From: Lytechinus pictus | Taxonomy: Eukaryota | Reading direction: 5' to 3' | Assembly (NCBI RefSeq): GCF_037042905.1 | Contig: NC_087255.1 | Coordinates: forward strand, 32,922,001 to 32,986,000 | Length of the DNA: 64,000 bases | In this document: positions 1 to 10,706 of the stretch, one piece after another | Layout of the letters: every line of letters begins with the position of its first letter | Numbering within the stretch: position 1 is the first letter of the stretch | Notes under the pieces: model-generated | Database searches by the model: none | Seen by the model: the letters and a program-made list of their open reading frames with translations, nothing else | What the model was told of the DNA's origin: nothing | Made by a program: the position numbers and the translations under genes

Positions 1-241
1 TGTTAGTTACACTATAGAAACCAACGTCATGAGCACGTTTTCAATCAACGTAATCTTTTTCATTTTACAGATATTAAATGGGTGAATACTAAACGGTGAA
101 AGGACTTAAATTCCCAACTGCAGTGATCGATTTGGATTCAACACACAACACTACTCCTCACCAGTTTTGCATGCACTACTACGTGTGATCTCTCACCAAT
201 CGTTACCTAGCAACAGAACGCTCCCATCATCCATAGACACA

Positions 242-339
242 ATGAGGGGTCGTCATAGCAACCAGACTACGAATAACTGGCTTATCCCCTGTTTCTTTCT
301 ATTCGATTGTATTCTACTGGCAGCCCTAGTGGTATTATG
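242..339 (+). CDS. PLPPR-like coding exon 1 (MRGRHSNQTTNNWLIPCFFLFDCILLAALVVL)
   Basis: ATG at 242, hydrophobic TM1 with IPCFFLFD, donor GTGAGC at 340, phase 2. Confidence 0.82.
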
Positions 340-3300
340 GTGAGCGCTTTATGATATTAATTTGTATGCAATTCGTTGGCTCGTTGGCCCTGCATAACTG
401 CATTACAAACAAATCTAGAGGGTGTTCTCTCCCCATTCCATCCTCCCCTCTCTGTCCGATCCTTAAAAAAAAAAAATCCGTTTAGATTATTTCCACGATG
501 CCATTTTTGGTTATGAAGAAAACAGATCTATTTTGGTCTGATGAACAAAAAAACAAAACATAGCGTTTCATAATTTCAAATTATTTTCAAAACATAGTAA
601 TTTGATTTTCCAACGAGAATGAAAAAAAATGGCCCTGAAGTTGAACTCTGAACAACAACAAAACATTAACAGATTAAGTAGTTTGGTTGATACCTGCTAC
701 TGACCGATCAAGGCAAATAGGTTAGTTCGAATGGAATATCGTCGTTCCGTTTGGAGTCGGTTTTGTAAGTGTGAATAAAGCGTTAGAAAAGGATATCCAC
801 CCCAATCCCGGGATCATCTTGTTTAATTCCATCATGATTTCGTTTTGTTCAAAATATAGGTATTTCATGCAATGGCAGACGGCGACATTCACATTACACG
901 ATGCCACGATACCGTGTATCGATATCGCCTACTACAGCTATCCCGAGAAGGTCGATATCATACCCGAAACTATCGTTTTTGTCCTCGTATTCGTTCTCCC
1001 GCCAATTGTGGTAAGTTTGATTGTTTAAATTGATTTGATTATTTGACTGGTTAATCGATTGGTTAATAGCCTAGATTTATTTAAATGATTTGAAAACTTG
1101 GACCGAGCCCCCATTGCTCAGTGTCCCGGAAAACAACCAAAGTTGCCAACTTTATCTGTTTGATGCTTTTTACCCTTATAAAGATAAGTAACTCCACTTA
1201 ATTAATTTCTCAAGATATAGGTATTTTGATTGGTAAATTATAATCTATATTGAGATGTTGATGAAACAATTATGAAACTAGAATTATACAATCACAATTA
1301 TACATGTATACTAACAAACTTACCGTCTAATAATAACATACATAAACTGTGAATCATTCAAACAATATTTAATTAAAGCAATGGATTATCTGTGCTACTA
1401 CTATTATGTATAACTTCGAAATGTCAACCAGGATAAACAACTTGAACTAGATAAGGCTAACTTATAATGTTACTGTTATGTACTCCTAATTAATCTACAG
1501 TAATTAGTAATTAAGACACATAAATAAGCACACGTCTGATACTCTTGGTATATGATTCCAAAGCAAGTTTATTCCGCATTGCGCCTGCGCAGCTACAATT
1601 GTGAGTCATGGTATGACATCATGTATGACATCATTATCAATATATAACAGTTACATTACAGTTTTCACATTTATTAGTTCGCCATATTTTAAAATATCAT
1701 AATTGCACTTGTTAACATAATGGAAATATCTCTCATAACAAGATTCTATGAATATGAATAACTATATAATACGTTACAAACACTCTTTTTGTTGTGGCAG
1801 TTATTGTATTTGCTGTTATGCAGAACGCAAGCGATACGTCTGATGTGGCATAGACTACGAATTGTAGATGCTTTTTTTTTAATTCGTAGTCTTTGCCACA
1901 TCAGACATATCGCTTGCGTTCTGCATAACAGCAAATACAATAACTGCAGCCTCCGCTTAGATTATAGGCTAGACTTGGCGTATTTATTTGTTTTGCCAAT
2001 GGCATGATGGCAGGGATCGTCTAAGAAATTCACCATCAATATGTCAATCATAATTAGTTATAAAAATGAATGTATTTTCTGAGAAGCCTTGCTGGATCGT
2101 GATGCGAGAATTTGTCTAAAAATGTACCACCTATTGGTCATTTATAATTCTGTTTATTAAAATGTACGTATATTTATAGAACCTGGCTGGATCATGATAC
2201 GAGGGGCCATCTAAAATTTCACCCACACTATTTTTTTTTTTAAAGATGTTTTATTGTTTTTCTCTCAAATCAAATTTCATATACAATGCAGTTTACAAAG
2301 TAATAATTGTAAATAATAATTCGAACAAAATAATCTCTTAATCTCTTCTATTGTAACAATATATCGATATTCATGTGAAGAATCGTCATGTGAATTTACC
2401 AACCAATTACTATAACTGGTGTAATATTTAACAATACAGAACGCAGGATTTTGTGTTAGGAATCGTCTAATAAATCTATCACAATTGTTCTTTCTTATTT
2501 TGATGAATGAACAAGATGACAAGCTTTTATGGATCATCATGTGCGGGATCATCTAAGAAATTTGCCAATTAAATTGTCATTTTAGTAAAAACACTGCATG
2601 AACAAGATTGAAATGTTCGCTGGATAATGGTGTGTGGTATTTTTGTCATGGAGATTTACCAACAAATTATTTTCATTCACATGTACGAAGACGATAAGAA
2701 GCTTTTATGGATTTTCATGCGAGGGATCGTCTGATAAATTCAAAACTGTCGCTTGTATTTAATGATATATAAAGAGACGAGATACTGGATGACGTGAGTA
2801 ATGGGATAGGCATCTCCCAGATGTCATTCATATTCTAGCATATAATGATGTGAGTGATCTACAAGATACTCATCAAGCAATATTTATTAAGCTTACTCTA
2901 TTATAAATTCCATAGCGATATTACCAAATTGAACAAGAGAAAGATCAATGTTTTTTGTATTGCCATTGTCTGTCTAATTAAACATTGTCCTTGGATGTAG
3001 AAATGAACTGAATTCCACCAACAGTAGCCCTACTCCTTCGACAATTATGAATCAAATCTCAGTCTCACTCCCCCTCTTTTTATCGCTCTCTCTCCCCCTC
3101 TCTCTTTTTTCTCTCTCGCTCTCCATATCACCCCCTTTCTCACCCCTCTCCCTCGCACTCTTTCTTTTTCTCTCTCTTTAACTATCCATATTCTCTAATA
3201 ATTCTCACTTCGCCCCGCTCTCCTCTTATTTCTCCTCTCCTCACTATCTCTCTTTTCTCTATTATGTTCTATCACTCTTTTCTCTATCTCTCCCCCTCGC

Positions 3301-6300
3301 TCTCTCCCTCTGTCTTGTTGTCTCTATTTCTAATACTCTCTCTCCCCCTCTCTCTTTCTCTCCCTCCTCTTTGTAGGTGTTATTCGGTGAGGCAGCGGTG
3401 GGTTTATACAACCTTCAAGGCGGTAAGAAGCAACTCTTCATGGAAAAATCGGTCTCGACTTTTGGCATGAAGCTCCACGCTCTCCTTAGGAGAACTGTCC
3501 GTTTTACAGGTAAGGCATAAGAGGGGGTGGGTGGTATTGGTATTGTCGAAAGGGATGCTAGAATAATTCATAAAGCTTGTCAGCACCTACAAGTTGTTAT
3601 TCTCTCACCAAAGTAACAATCAGAGGCCAGTACGTGATTCCACGGAAAGAGTTTAACTCATCACTGAAAGATTTTAAAATTGAGATTTAAAAATCAATCT
3701 ACCGTATAGGATTAAAATTAAATCCATCAACCACAACCGATGTGAATTTTACTTGAAATCACTGTGGTGATCAACAATTTTTTTCTGTCTCGAAATATGC
3801 CGAAATCGGTGGAAATGTTTACACTTTAGAGGTGATTGTTTAAGGATTGATATGTTTCACTCTTTTTAGAATGACTACAGTCATCAATCAGGGATACTGA
3901 AAGTATTTGCATAAACTACGAACTCTGAATTCACTCTAAATTCAACCATTTTTTATCCAGGTATCTTCTTGCTTGGTGCGTTCATCACCTGGATTCTTAC
4001 TCGTGCGGGTCAGCTCATCCTGAGCCACCCTGCTCCGGATTTCTTCACCCGATCAAGCTGCACACCGTGTTCGGACCCCACGGCTCTGACATTCACACTC
4101 AGTGAATGCCCCGCACCAGTGGATGCCTTCAGGTATATGGTGTGGGTGGGTGTATGTGCGCGCGTGTGAGTTATGGACGAGTTGGTGAGTTAGCGTGTGT
4201 GTGTGTGTGAGGATGTGAAGGGGTGTATGTATATGGAGGTGATGTGTGTACGCGTGTGTGGGTTTGTGGAAGGGTACGTGGTTGAGGGTGGGTGTGTGGG
4301 TGAGTGAAGGAAGGTGTGCATAAATGCGGCGTTGTGTGTTTGTGTAGTGGTGGTGAGAGTGAGAGTGTTGGTAGAGGTGGTGGTGGTGATGATGACGATG
4401 GTTATGATTATGGTCGTGGTGAAAGTGCTAATGATGGTGATGAAATGGACGTACTAGAGATCCATGGTGATGATAAAGATGGTTTCTTTGTGGTGATATT
4501 GAATACGGTGGTAGTGATGATGATATTGATGATGATGGTGATTTTGTTCTGGGAGATGAGGAATCGGTGGAGGTCAGGGGCGACACCGACGGGCTTTTTT
4601 ATAGGGGCAAGATGACCTAAAATTGACATTTTTCCTTAATTGACTTATTGGGTCTCACATAGTCCAGGCCTCTTTTTAATTTTTTTTACATGTTTGCTAG
4701 CCTTTGTTGTCCTTTCTTCATGACTTTTTTTTTCTGTTTTTCCCCCTCTCCTTTAACAACTTTGAAAATCATATTAATGGTGGTGATGCTGAAGTTGATG
4801 ATTTTGATACCGATGGAAGTTATGATGATAATCGTTACGGTGTTACAGCTGATGTGGTTTTCATTCCCATCAGCATCATTTATTAGGCAACTAGATATTC
4901 TCCAAATATCCCACAAGTATATACAGGTTGCAAATAGGTTAGCATATCAATTGTTACAGCATTATGTAATATAATCAAATTATCATTATAGATAACAATT
5001 ATATGTATGTTTTTCTTTTATTGCAGGCAATCTTTCCCGTCCCTCTATGCTTCACTCAGCACCTATGCCTCAATCTATGTTGCTGTGAGTATCATTTATT
5101 CATCCTCTGTTTCTCTCTTCAATAAATTCCCCAAAAGTAATATTATATTTGAACTGAATATTATTATTTTTATATTACTTTGTTTTATTTACCTTTAAAA
5201 TATTTTGTGGCCATTTATGGAAAAGTAATAATAAATTATGTTTAGTAAATGTTTTGTTTTTCCTTTTTTTTTCTTGATAAACCCGTGTCCCCCCTTTTTT
5301 TGCTCTTTAGATTTTCTTAGAGGAAAATTTCGTTTTTGTACTAGTGGTAACTGTAATATGTTTACTTGTCACATTTCGTGGGTGGGAAATATCGACCTAT
5401 TCTACTTCCAAGATCGAAATTTTTGTCGACAAGAACCCAATTTGTGACGAGGTGAACCTCCCTCCCCCAAAATTTTGACTGCTATTATTCATCATAGTAT
5501 CGTGCAATAACATACTCATTACAGTAATTCATTCATATCCACTATCTTTCAATAAAAATAACAAAGGGCTTGCAAAGTTATATAATTTAACCTACACTGT
5601 AAAAAACCCCGTGATTTTACAGAAAAAAGAAGATTTTGCAGAAAGCAATAACAGAATCATTCTGTAAATTCATAAAACAGGAATTTTTCTGCAATTTAAC
5701 AGAACAGGCCTGTTTAAAAAGGGAAAAAGGGTGTTTTATTTAGGGAAATTTGTAAGCTTCCATACACCAAATACCAATTTCCTGTAAGATTACGCAATCT
5801 GGTAAGATTACAGGTGTTCTCGAGACTCTGTTGCAGGAACTTCTTTTATTTTAAGGATACATTTTCTAACAGTGTAGAGAGGAGACTGCAAGAAACAAAG
5901 AAGAGCTTTGTACCTAACAGGCTTCACCACATCCCAACCTCTGTGATTATCATGCAGGTTTTTTTTAGCACAGTGCTATCATATTATAATTGTAATTGTA
6001 CCCTAATTAATCCACTCATTAAACAGGTATACGTCACAAATTTGATGAAGCTGAACTCGGCCCACACCCTTCGCCCTTTCGCTGGTCTCTGTTTCATCGC
6101 CGTACCGTACTTACTGGGAATGCAGCAGATCGCAGCGCACAGAGCACATTGGAGTGACGTCATTGGAGGATGGATCCTAGGGGCCGTCGTGGCTTTCTAT
6201 CTGGTAGGTGCATGGTGTTTGATTTGACCCTTGACCCTTGACCAGGCCTGACCTGACTTGATTTAATTTGACCTGTCAAGCGCACTATACTGCACTCAAG

Positions 6301-7129
6301 AAACCAACCGTCCGTCAATATCATAGCCTGAAAACGGATTCCGAAAATGATTATGAAACTTTCAGTTTTAGATCTTGAATACTAGATAACGTTACGTCAT
6401 GAATGGGAGATTTGTAGTATTTTACAGAGGAAGGCAGATGGACTACGATTAAAAAATAGCTAAATACAAAATGCAATGAACTAATTTAGGAAGAAAAAAT
6501 GATAGGGCACTGAAAAGGAATAGCCTTTGAAAGAGGGAGGGAGAAGGTATAAGCATGGAAAATAAAAAAATCAGCTGCCAGTGGTAGCTCCATAGGCCTA
6601 CCTTTATCTCAACTTAGATCATCTCATCATTTTTTAAATTTTAATCATATCTATGTGGTAGCAACAACTATCTCATATTGCCTTCGACTTTCATTTAATG
6701 AAAATGACAAACTTTTGAGACAGAATTAAATTCAAAGCCCGAATCAAAGCTAGATCAATTGCTGTCATATAGGTGGATCATAGTTATTTAAATAAGGATT
6801 GTATCTCTGTTTATCTTTGAAAGATCTACGGAGTCCTCGATGCCTTCCTCGGCCCTCTCATGTCCACCACGAGCCCGGGGTTGGACAGTGACGTCGACGC
6901 TAACGAGGATTACGTCATCGAACACGACCACGCCCTTCGAAACGGCACCACCCTTGACAAGCCTATGCAGATGAACGGCCTGCGACACAGCCAGCGGGAA
7001 CGTGACGGGTACATGGATCGAGGAATGGAGGTAAATGGAAGCTTGTATGGCCCTAGGGATGCTAACGCTATCAGTGGCAAACGGGTTCCTGACGGGAAAA
7101 GCAGGGGTGTAGATCATTACGTTTACTAA
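242..7129 (+). CDS. Phospholipid phosphatase-related (PLPPR/PRG-like, PAP2 fold) pseudo-phosphatase, 7 coding exons, ~364 aa (short/read-through isoform)
   Basis: Exons 242-339, 860-1010, 3377-3509, 3961-4132, 5027-5084, 6027-6203, 6824-7129. All introns are GT-AG, phases are consistent, and the total is 1095 nt. The product has multiple TM helices, PLPPR-like LRRTVRFTG, and degenerate PAP2 motifs C1 (GQLILSHPAPDF), C2 (SFPSLY) and C3 (QQIAAHRAHWSDV). The acceptor at 69-70 implies a 5'UTR exon upstream of the window. Confidence 0.88.
860..1010 (+). CDS. PLPPR-like coding exon 2
   Basis: TAG acceptor ending at 859, YFMQWQ...VLPPIV, donor GTAAGT at 1011. Confidence 0.88.
1797..1947. repeat. 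Near-perfect inverted repeat (67-bp arms, 17-nt loop)
   Basis: 1797-1863 versus 1881-1947, 2 mismatches. Confidence 0.92.
3058..3372. repeat. CT-rich low-complexity tract
   Basis: Degenerate (CT)n directly upstream of the exon 3 acceptor. Confidence 0.85.
3377..3509 (+). CDS. PLPPR-like coding exon 3
   Basis: Long pyrimidine tract plus TAG; VLFGEAAVG...LRRTVRFT; donor GTAAGG at 3510. Confidence 0.9.
3961..4132 (+). CDS. PLPPR-like coding exon 4 (degenerate C1 motif)
   Basis: CAG acceptor; IFLLGAFITWILTRAGQLILSHPAPDFF; donor GTATAT at 4133. Confidence 0.9.
4138..4545. repeat. (GT)n / (GAT,GGT)n low-complexity tract
   Basis: Simple repeats. Confidence 0.8.
5027..5084 (+). CDS. PLPPR-like coding exon 5 (degenerate C2 motif)
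   Basis: TTGCAG acceptor; QSFPSLYASLSTYASIYVA; donor GTGAGT at 5085. Confidence 0.9.
5595..5874. mobile_element. MITE with CACTG termini
   Basis: TA|CACTGTAAAAAA...TTCTAACAGTG|TA. Confidence 0.65.
6027..6203 (+). CDS. PLPPR-like coding exon 6 (degenerate C3 motif)
   Basis: CAG acceptor; ...HWSDVIGGWILGAVVAFYL; donor GTAGGT at 6204. Confidence 0.92.
6824..7129 (+). CDS. PLPPR-like coding exon 7, cytoplasmic tail (internal donor at 7031)
   Basis: AAG acceptor in frame with ORF 6860-7129; GC-rich coding-like composition; stop TAA ending 7129. Confidence 0.82.
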   Translation: MYGVLDAFLGPLMSTTSPGLDSDVDANEDYVIEHDHALRNGTTLDKPMQMNGLRHSQRERDGYMDRGMEVNGSLYGPRDANAISGKRVPDGKSRGVDHYVY

Positions 7130-9483
7130 CAAAAACATTGAGCATAAAACCATCTTGCTTTACTGTCCTAATTCTGGCATAGAGGGCGCCGAGTTTCACT
7201 CGCTTCGGACAAGCATTCAGATATTGGAACTTGACACTCCCCCTTTTCTGCTTATTAAAAAAAAATGATTAGCACATTGGAATATTTAAATTAAAAAAGA
7301 TCCTCTTTGATTCATTAAATGATTTCCACACCTGAACGCTCAAAGTCGAATATAATTTTAAAGTAACAGTGTTTCTTTTTATATACAGAATGACCAAATC
7401 TGAATTCTCGATTCTCACTTTGCATATAGCATTGTATTTTGTTGAATGTTGTCGAGTTTGTAATTTTAATGTATTCAACCAAGGAATGGTCCAATGTTTT
7501 TCCTCAGTGTTTCTTATTCAAGAAATTGAATCTGTCCGATGTGTATTAGAAGCCGGTCGCAATAATATTGTTTTCTAGGAACACTTTTCATGCAATGGAA
7601 AATGTTTATAATCTCATGGTAACACAAATAGAAATGTCTTTAATTATTATATATCATCATGTTTTCAAAAATCTAACTACACATCATCATCGGAAAAATG
7701 GTGTATATACTACTAAATGAATGCTATATAATTCTCATATCAAAATAATTTATTAATAATTTATTTTTGATTCATATTGTGCAATTTCTAATTCTTTAAA
7801 ACAAAATGACAAAAGTTCGCTTTATCAACGAGAAAACGAAAATTTGTCAAAAGAGCTTCCAAATCGGTTTATTCACATTATTTTCCTTGCTTCATATCCA
7901 AAAAAAGGGAAATGAGTAATTAATGAAAACAGTACTTTATTTTGCAAGAGAATGACAATATATATATTTTCATTGATTGAATAATTCCAAATATTGTTTC
8001 TTTATTGTTAACTGAAAATTCTTGTTTTTATTAGAATGAATCATAAACAAAATGTGATGAAGAAGCTATGATCCCGTCTATTTGTTATATATATTGGGGA
8101 AAGGACTTGTTTGTTTGTTTTCATTTCCATATAAAAAGCATAAATAAAATACATGAAAATCAAGAAAACATTTACGATGGAGGATAGCCCATTTCAGTGA
8201 TATTTACTATCAATGTTCTTCCATGGGGTCCTAATTAAAAAACACTGATTTCGTTCAATAACTAAACATGTATTCGACCAAAATACCTTCTTAAATGAAT
8301 AAATTACTGTTTACCCTATATTTTATCGTGATATATTGTTAAAAATTGGTGTCTTCCGAAATGTTCCATTAATGTTTTTATATTATCTGCTATGGGTTGT
8401 CTGGAAATATTAACTGCGGTCGACATGGTCGATCTTATGTCTTCTTTGTTATTGTCTTTTAATATCTTTGCTGTATGCTTCTAAATTGCTTTTGTGTGAT
8501 CATTTCTGCCCTGTAAAATTCTTCAATTGGGAGTGGTGACTTAAAGATGTTCGTAAAGTAACTCAAAACATAAGTACGAATGGCAAGCTTGTGATGTGTC
8601 TACGGCATCAATTTAAATCACATCATGTAAAAGTTGACGAATGGTTCGTTCAAGAAACTTACGTTTAATTCAAAATTTAGTGTATTTGTTTTTTATATTT
8701 GTTCAATTAGTACTTGACTTTCTTGAACATCTCATACGCTTGGATTCGGGACTTACGCTTAATGCAGAAAATAATATGCCCTAACAACTTACATACTCTC
8801 TTTAATAAAAGCCCTGAGGTCATTAATTTTGTGGTACTTCATATTCCAGTCGGTCGTTAATTTATTCATAAATTTATGTACAGCTTTAATGAAACCGCCC
8901 CATGGTTAGATAATGCACTTGTCAATATATTTTGTATATGATTTTTTTTCATTTAATTATCTCTGTTGCATGACTGTAAATTTTCTTTCTTTTGTAAAAC
9001 ACCCTTTACTTTTTCTTTTCCTTGCTAATTGTATACACGCTTAAAATGATTGGCAAAAATAACCAATTGTGTTGCTGAATTGTGCCCGACTCCCAAAACT
9101 GTCCAAATAAATCAAATCATTGGTTCGAATCTACCTTATTTTCATTAATTTTGAGCATTATTTTTGGATGGATACAATTTATATTTACGAACAGATTGGT
9201 TATTTGAAACATTCCTTTTTAAAAGTGTGTTGTTTATGTTTCAAAATGTTTATATCGCAAATATTATATATTTTTATATCACTGCAAAAGATTGAAAGAT
9301 CTCAAACACAAAGAAATAATTTTGATTTATTTTTAGCATAATGATAGTCCAAGGAAGGCTAATGCGAAATTTTGGATGCAATGTAGCTATAACACTTCCA
9401 TAGATTATTATATCAGTTTGTATATCTTGTTGCTTATGAATATTTCTGTTTGTACCTAACTGCTTCCATTGTGATTAAATCAG

Positions 9484-9493
9484 CTGAATTCAG
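9484..9493 (+). CDS. Candidate 10-nt microexon (CTGAATTCAG) of the PLPPR-like gene
   Basis: Branch-like CTAAC 9456-9460, TGC 9461-9463, CAG acceptor 9481-9483, CAG|GTAAAA donor. It converts phase 0 (donor 7031) to the phase 1 needed by exon 10450. Confidence 0.55.
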
Positions 9494-10449
9494 GTAAAAT
9501 TTGACGTGTCATTTTCTACCTTTTGGTGGTGTTCTTTGATTTATTTCATTTAATTTGTCGGGTCTATAATATTCTGTAATTTTCTACAGTTTGCAGTTTG
9601 CATGATTTGATTTGTGTCTATCAAGCTACTTTAGTAACTGTTGTTATTCATATTCCATTCTAAATCGTCTATCGAACACATTAATTTGTATTGATATTAT
9701 CTAAAGATGGAGGTTTTTGTTATATAAATCTAATAATCTACCTTCAAAAGTTGAAACTGCTTTTTTTAACTTTGAAAATACAAGAAGAAGAAGAAAATAA
9801 GCCTTTATGATTGTAGCTTCGATATAAACCAACACGTGACTTTTATCGCATAGGCTAAATCTCGATGAAAATATTATTTGAATATAAGGTTGTTGGTTTA
9901 CTACTCTACGAGGTCTATATGGAAATCGGCATAATGAATTGATGGTCTTCATGTAAGGGTGTGTGTGTGTGTGTGTGTGTGGGAGGGGGGGGTGGGGTGA
10001 GAGTAGGTGATTAAAATGATTTGCTAGTGTGTGCTGGGGAATGTGCTTGTGTGTGGAATTATTTGAGTGGTAGAAGAGCACAGAACGCAGGCCTATTTAA
10101 AAAAAGAATCTACGAAACAAAAGATGAATGTGGTCGAGGTAAAATGGAAACTGTTCACTGATATAGGTTGAGTGTACATATTCGTACATTCATTCACGAG
10201 CTTACATGATTGTCAATGATCGCCTTTAAAAAGGTACTTTTCATTCAACAATATTATAGGTCAAATGATCATACCTACCTTTAATTTAAGATGTTGAGTA
10301 AACGAAAACGATCTGCGGTATCCAGACCTGTTGGACGGTGACTGTGATCACTAATTTCATATCTAACGCTGATAACACCTTGATCAATCACTAACTCTAT
10401 ACTGGTTTGTTTTATTCATTTCTTTCCATGCACCCCATTCTAACATCAG

Positions 10450-10706
10450 CATCTACAGTAACCGGGGCAACGGGGAGGACTTCTTCTAACCAATCACAAT
10501 CCTCCTACCACATACCCCGACCGCTCACGAAAAAGGGCGTCTACTCGTACCTCTACGACGGTCGTAGGGGGCGTCCCGTTTTCAAACCCTTACGGACGCC
10601 ACCGTCGCCGCCGCCCGTAATTCCACGAACCCGAAACGCCCACCCTGATCGGCCCATACAAGTCGTCAATACTGTGAACAGGACTGCTAATTCGGAATAC
10701 TTCTGA
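10450..10706 (+). CDS. Candidate alternative terminal coding exon of the PLPPR-like gene (Pro-rich tail ending SEYF)
   Basis: GC/CpG-rich open frame inside AT-rich DNA; AG-free pyrimidine tract from 10391 to the CAG at 10447-10449; stop TGA ending 10706; AATAAA at ~10720. Confidence 0.68.

Noticed and set aside
78-92. uORF ATGGGTGAATACTAA in the PLPPR-like 5'UTR exon
   Set aside because: Four codons, expected by chance, with no supporting evidence.
4304-4974. ORFs of 60-103 aa in the PLPPR-like intron
   Set aside because: Derived from GAT/GGT simple repeats.
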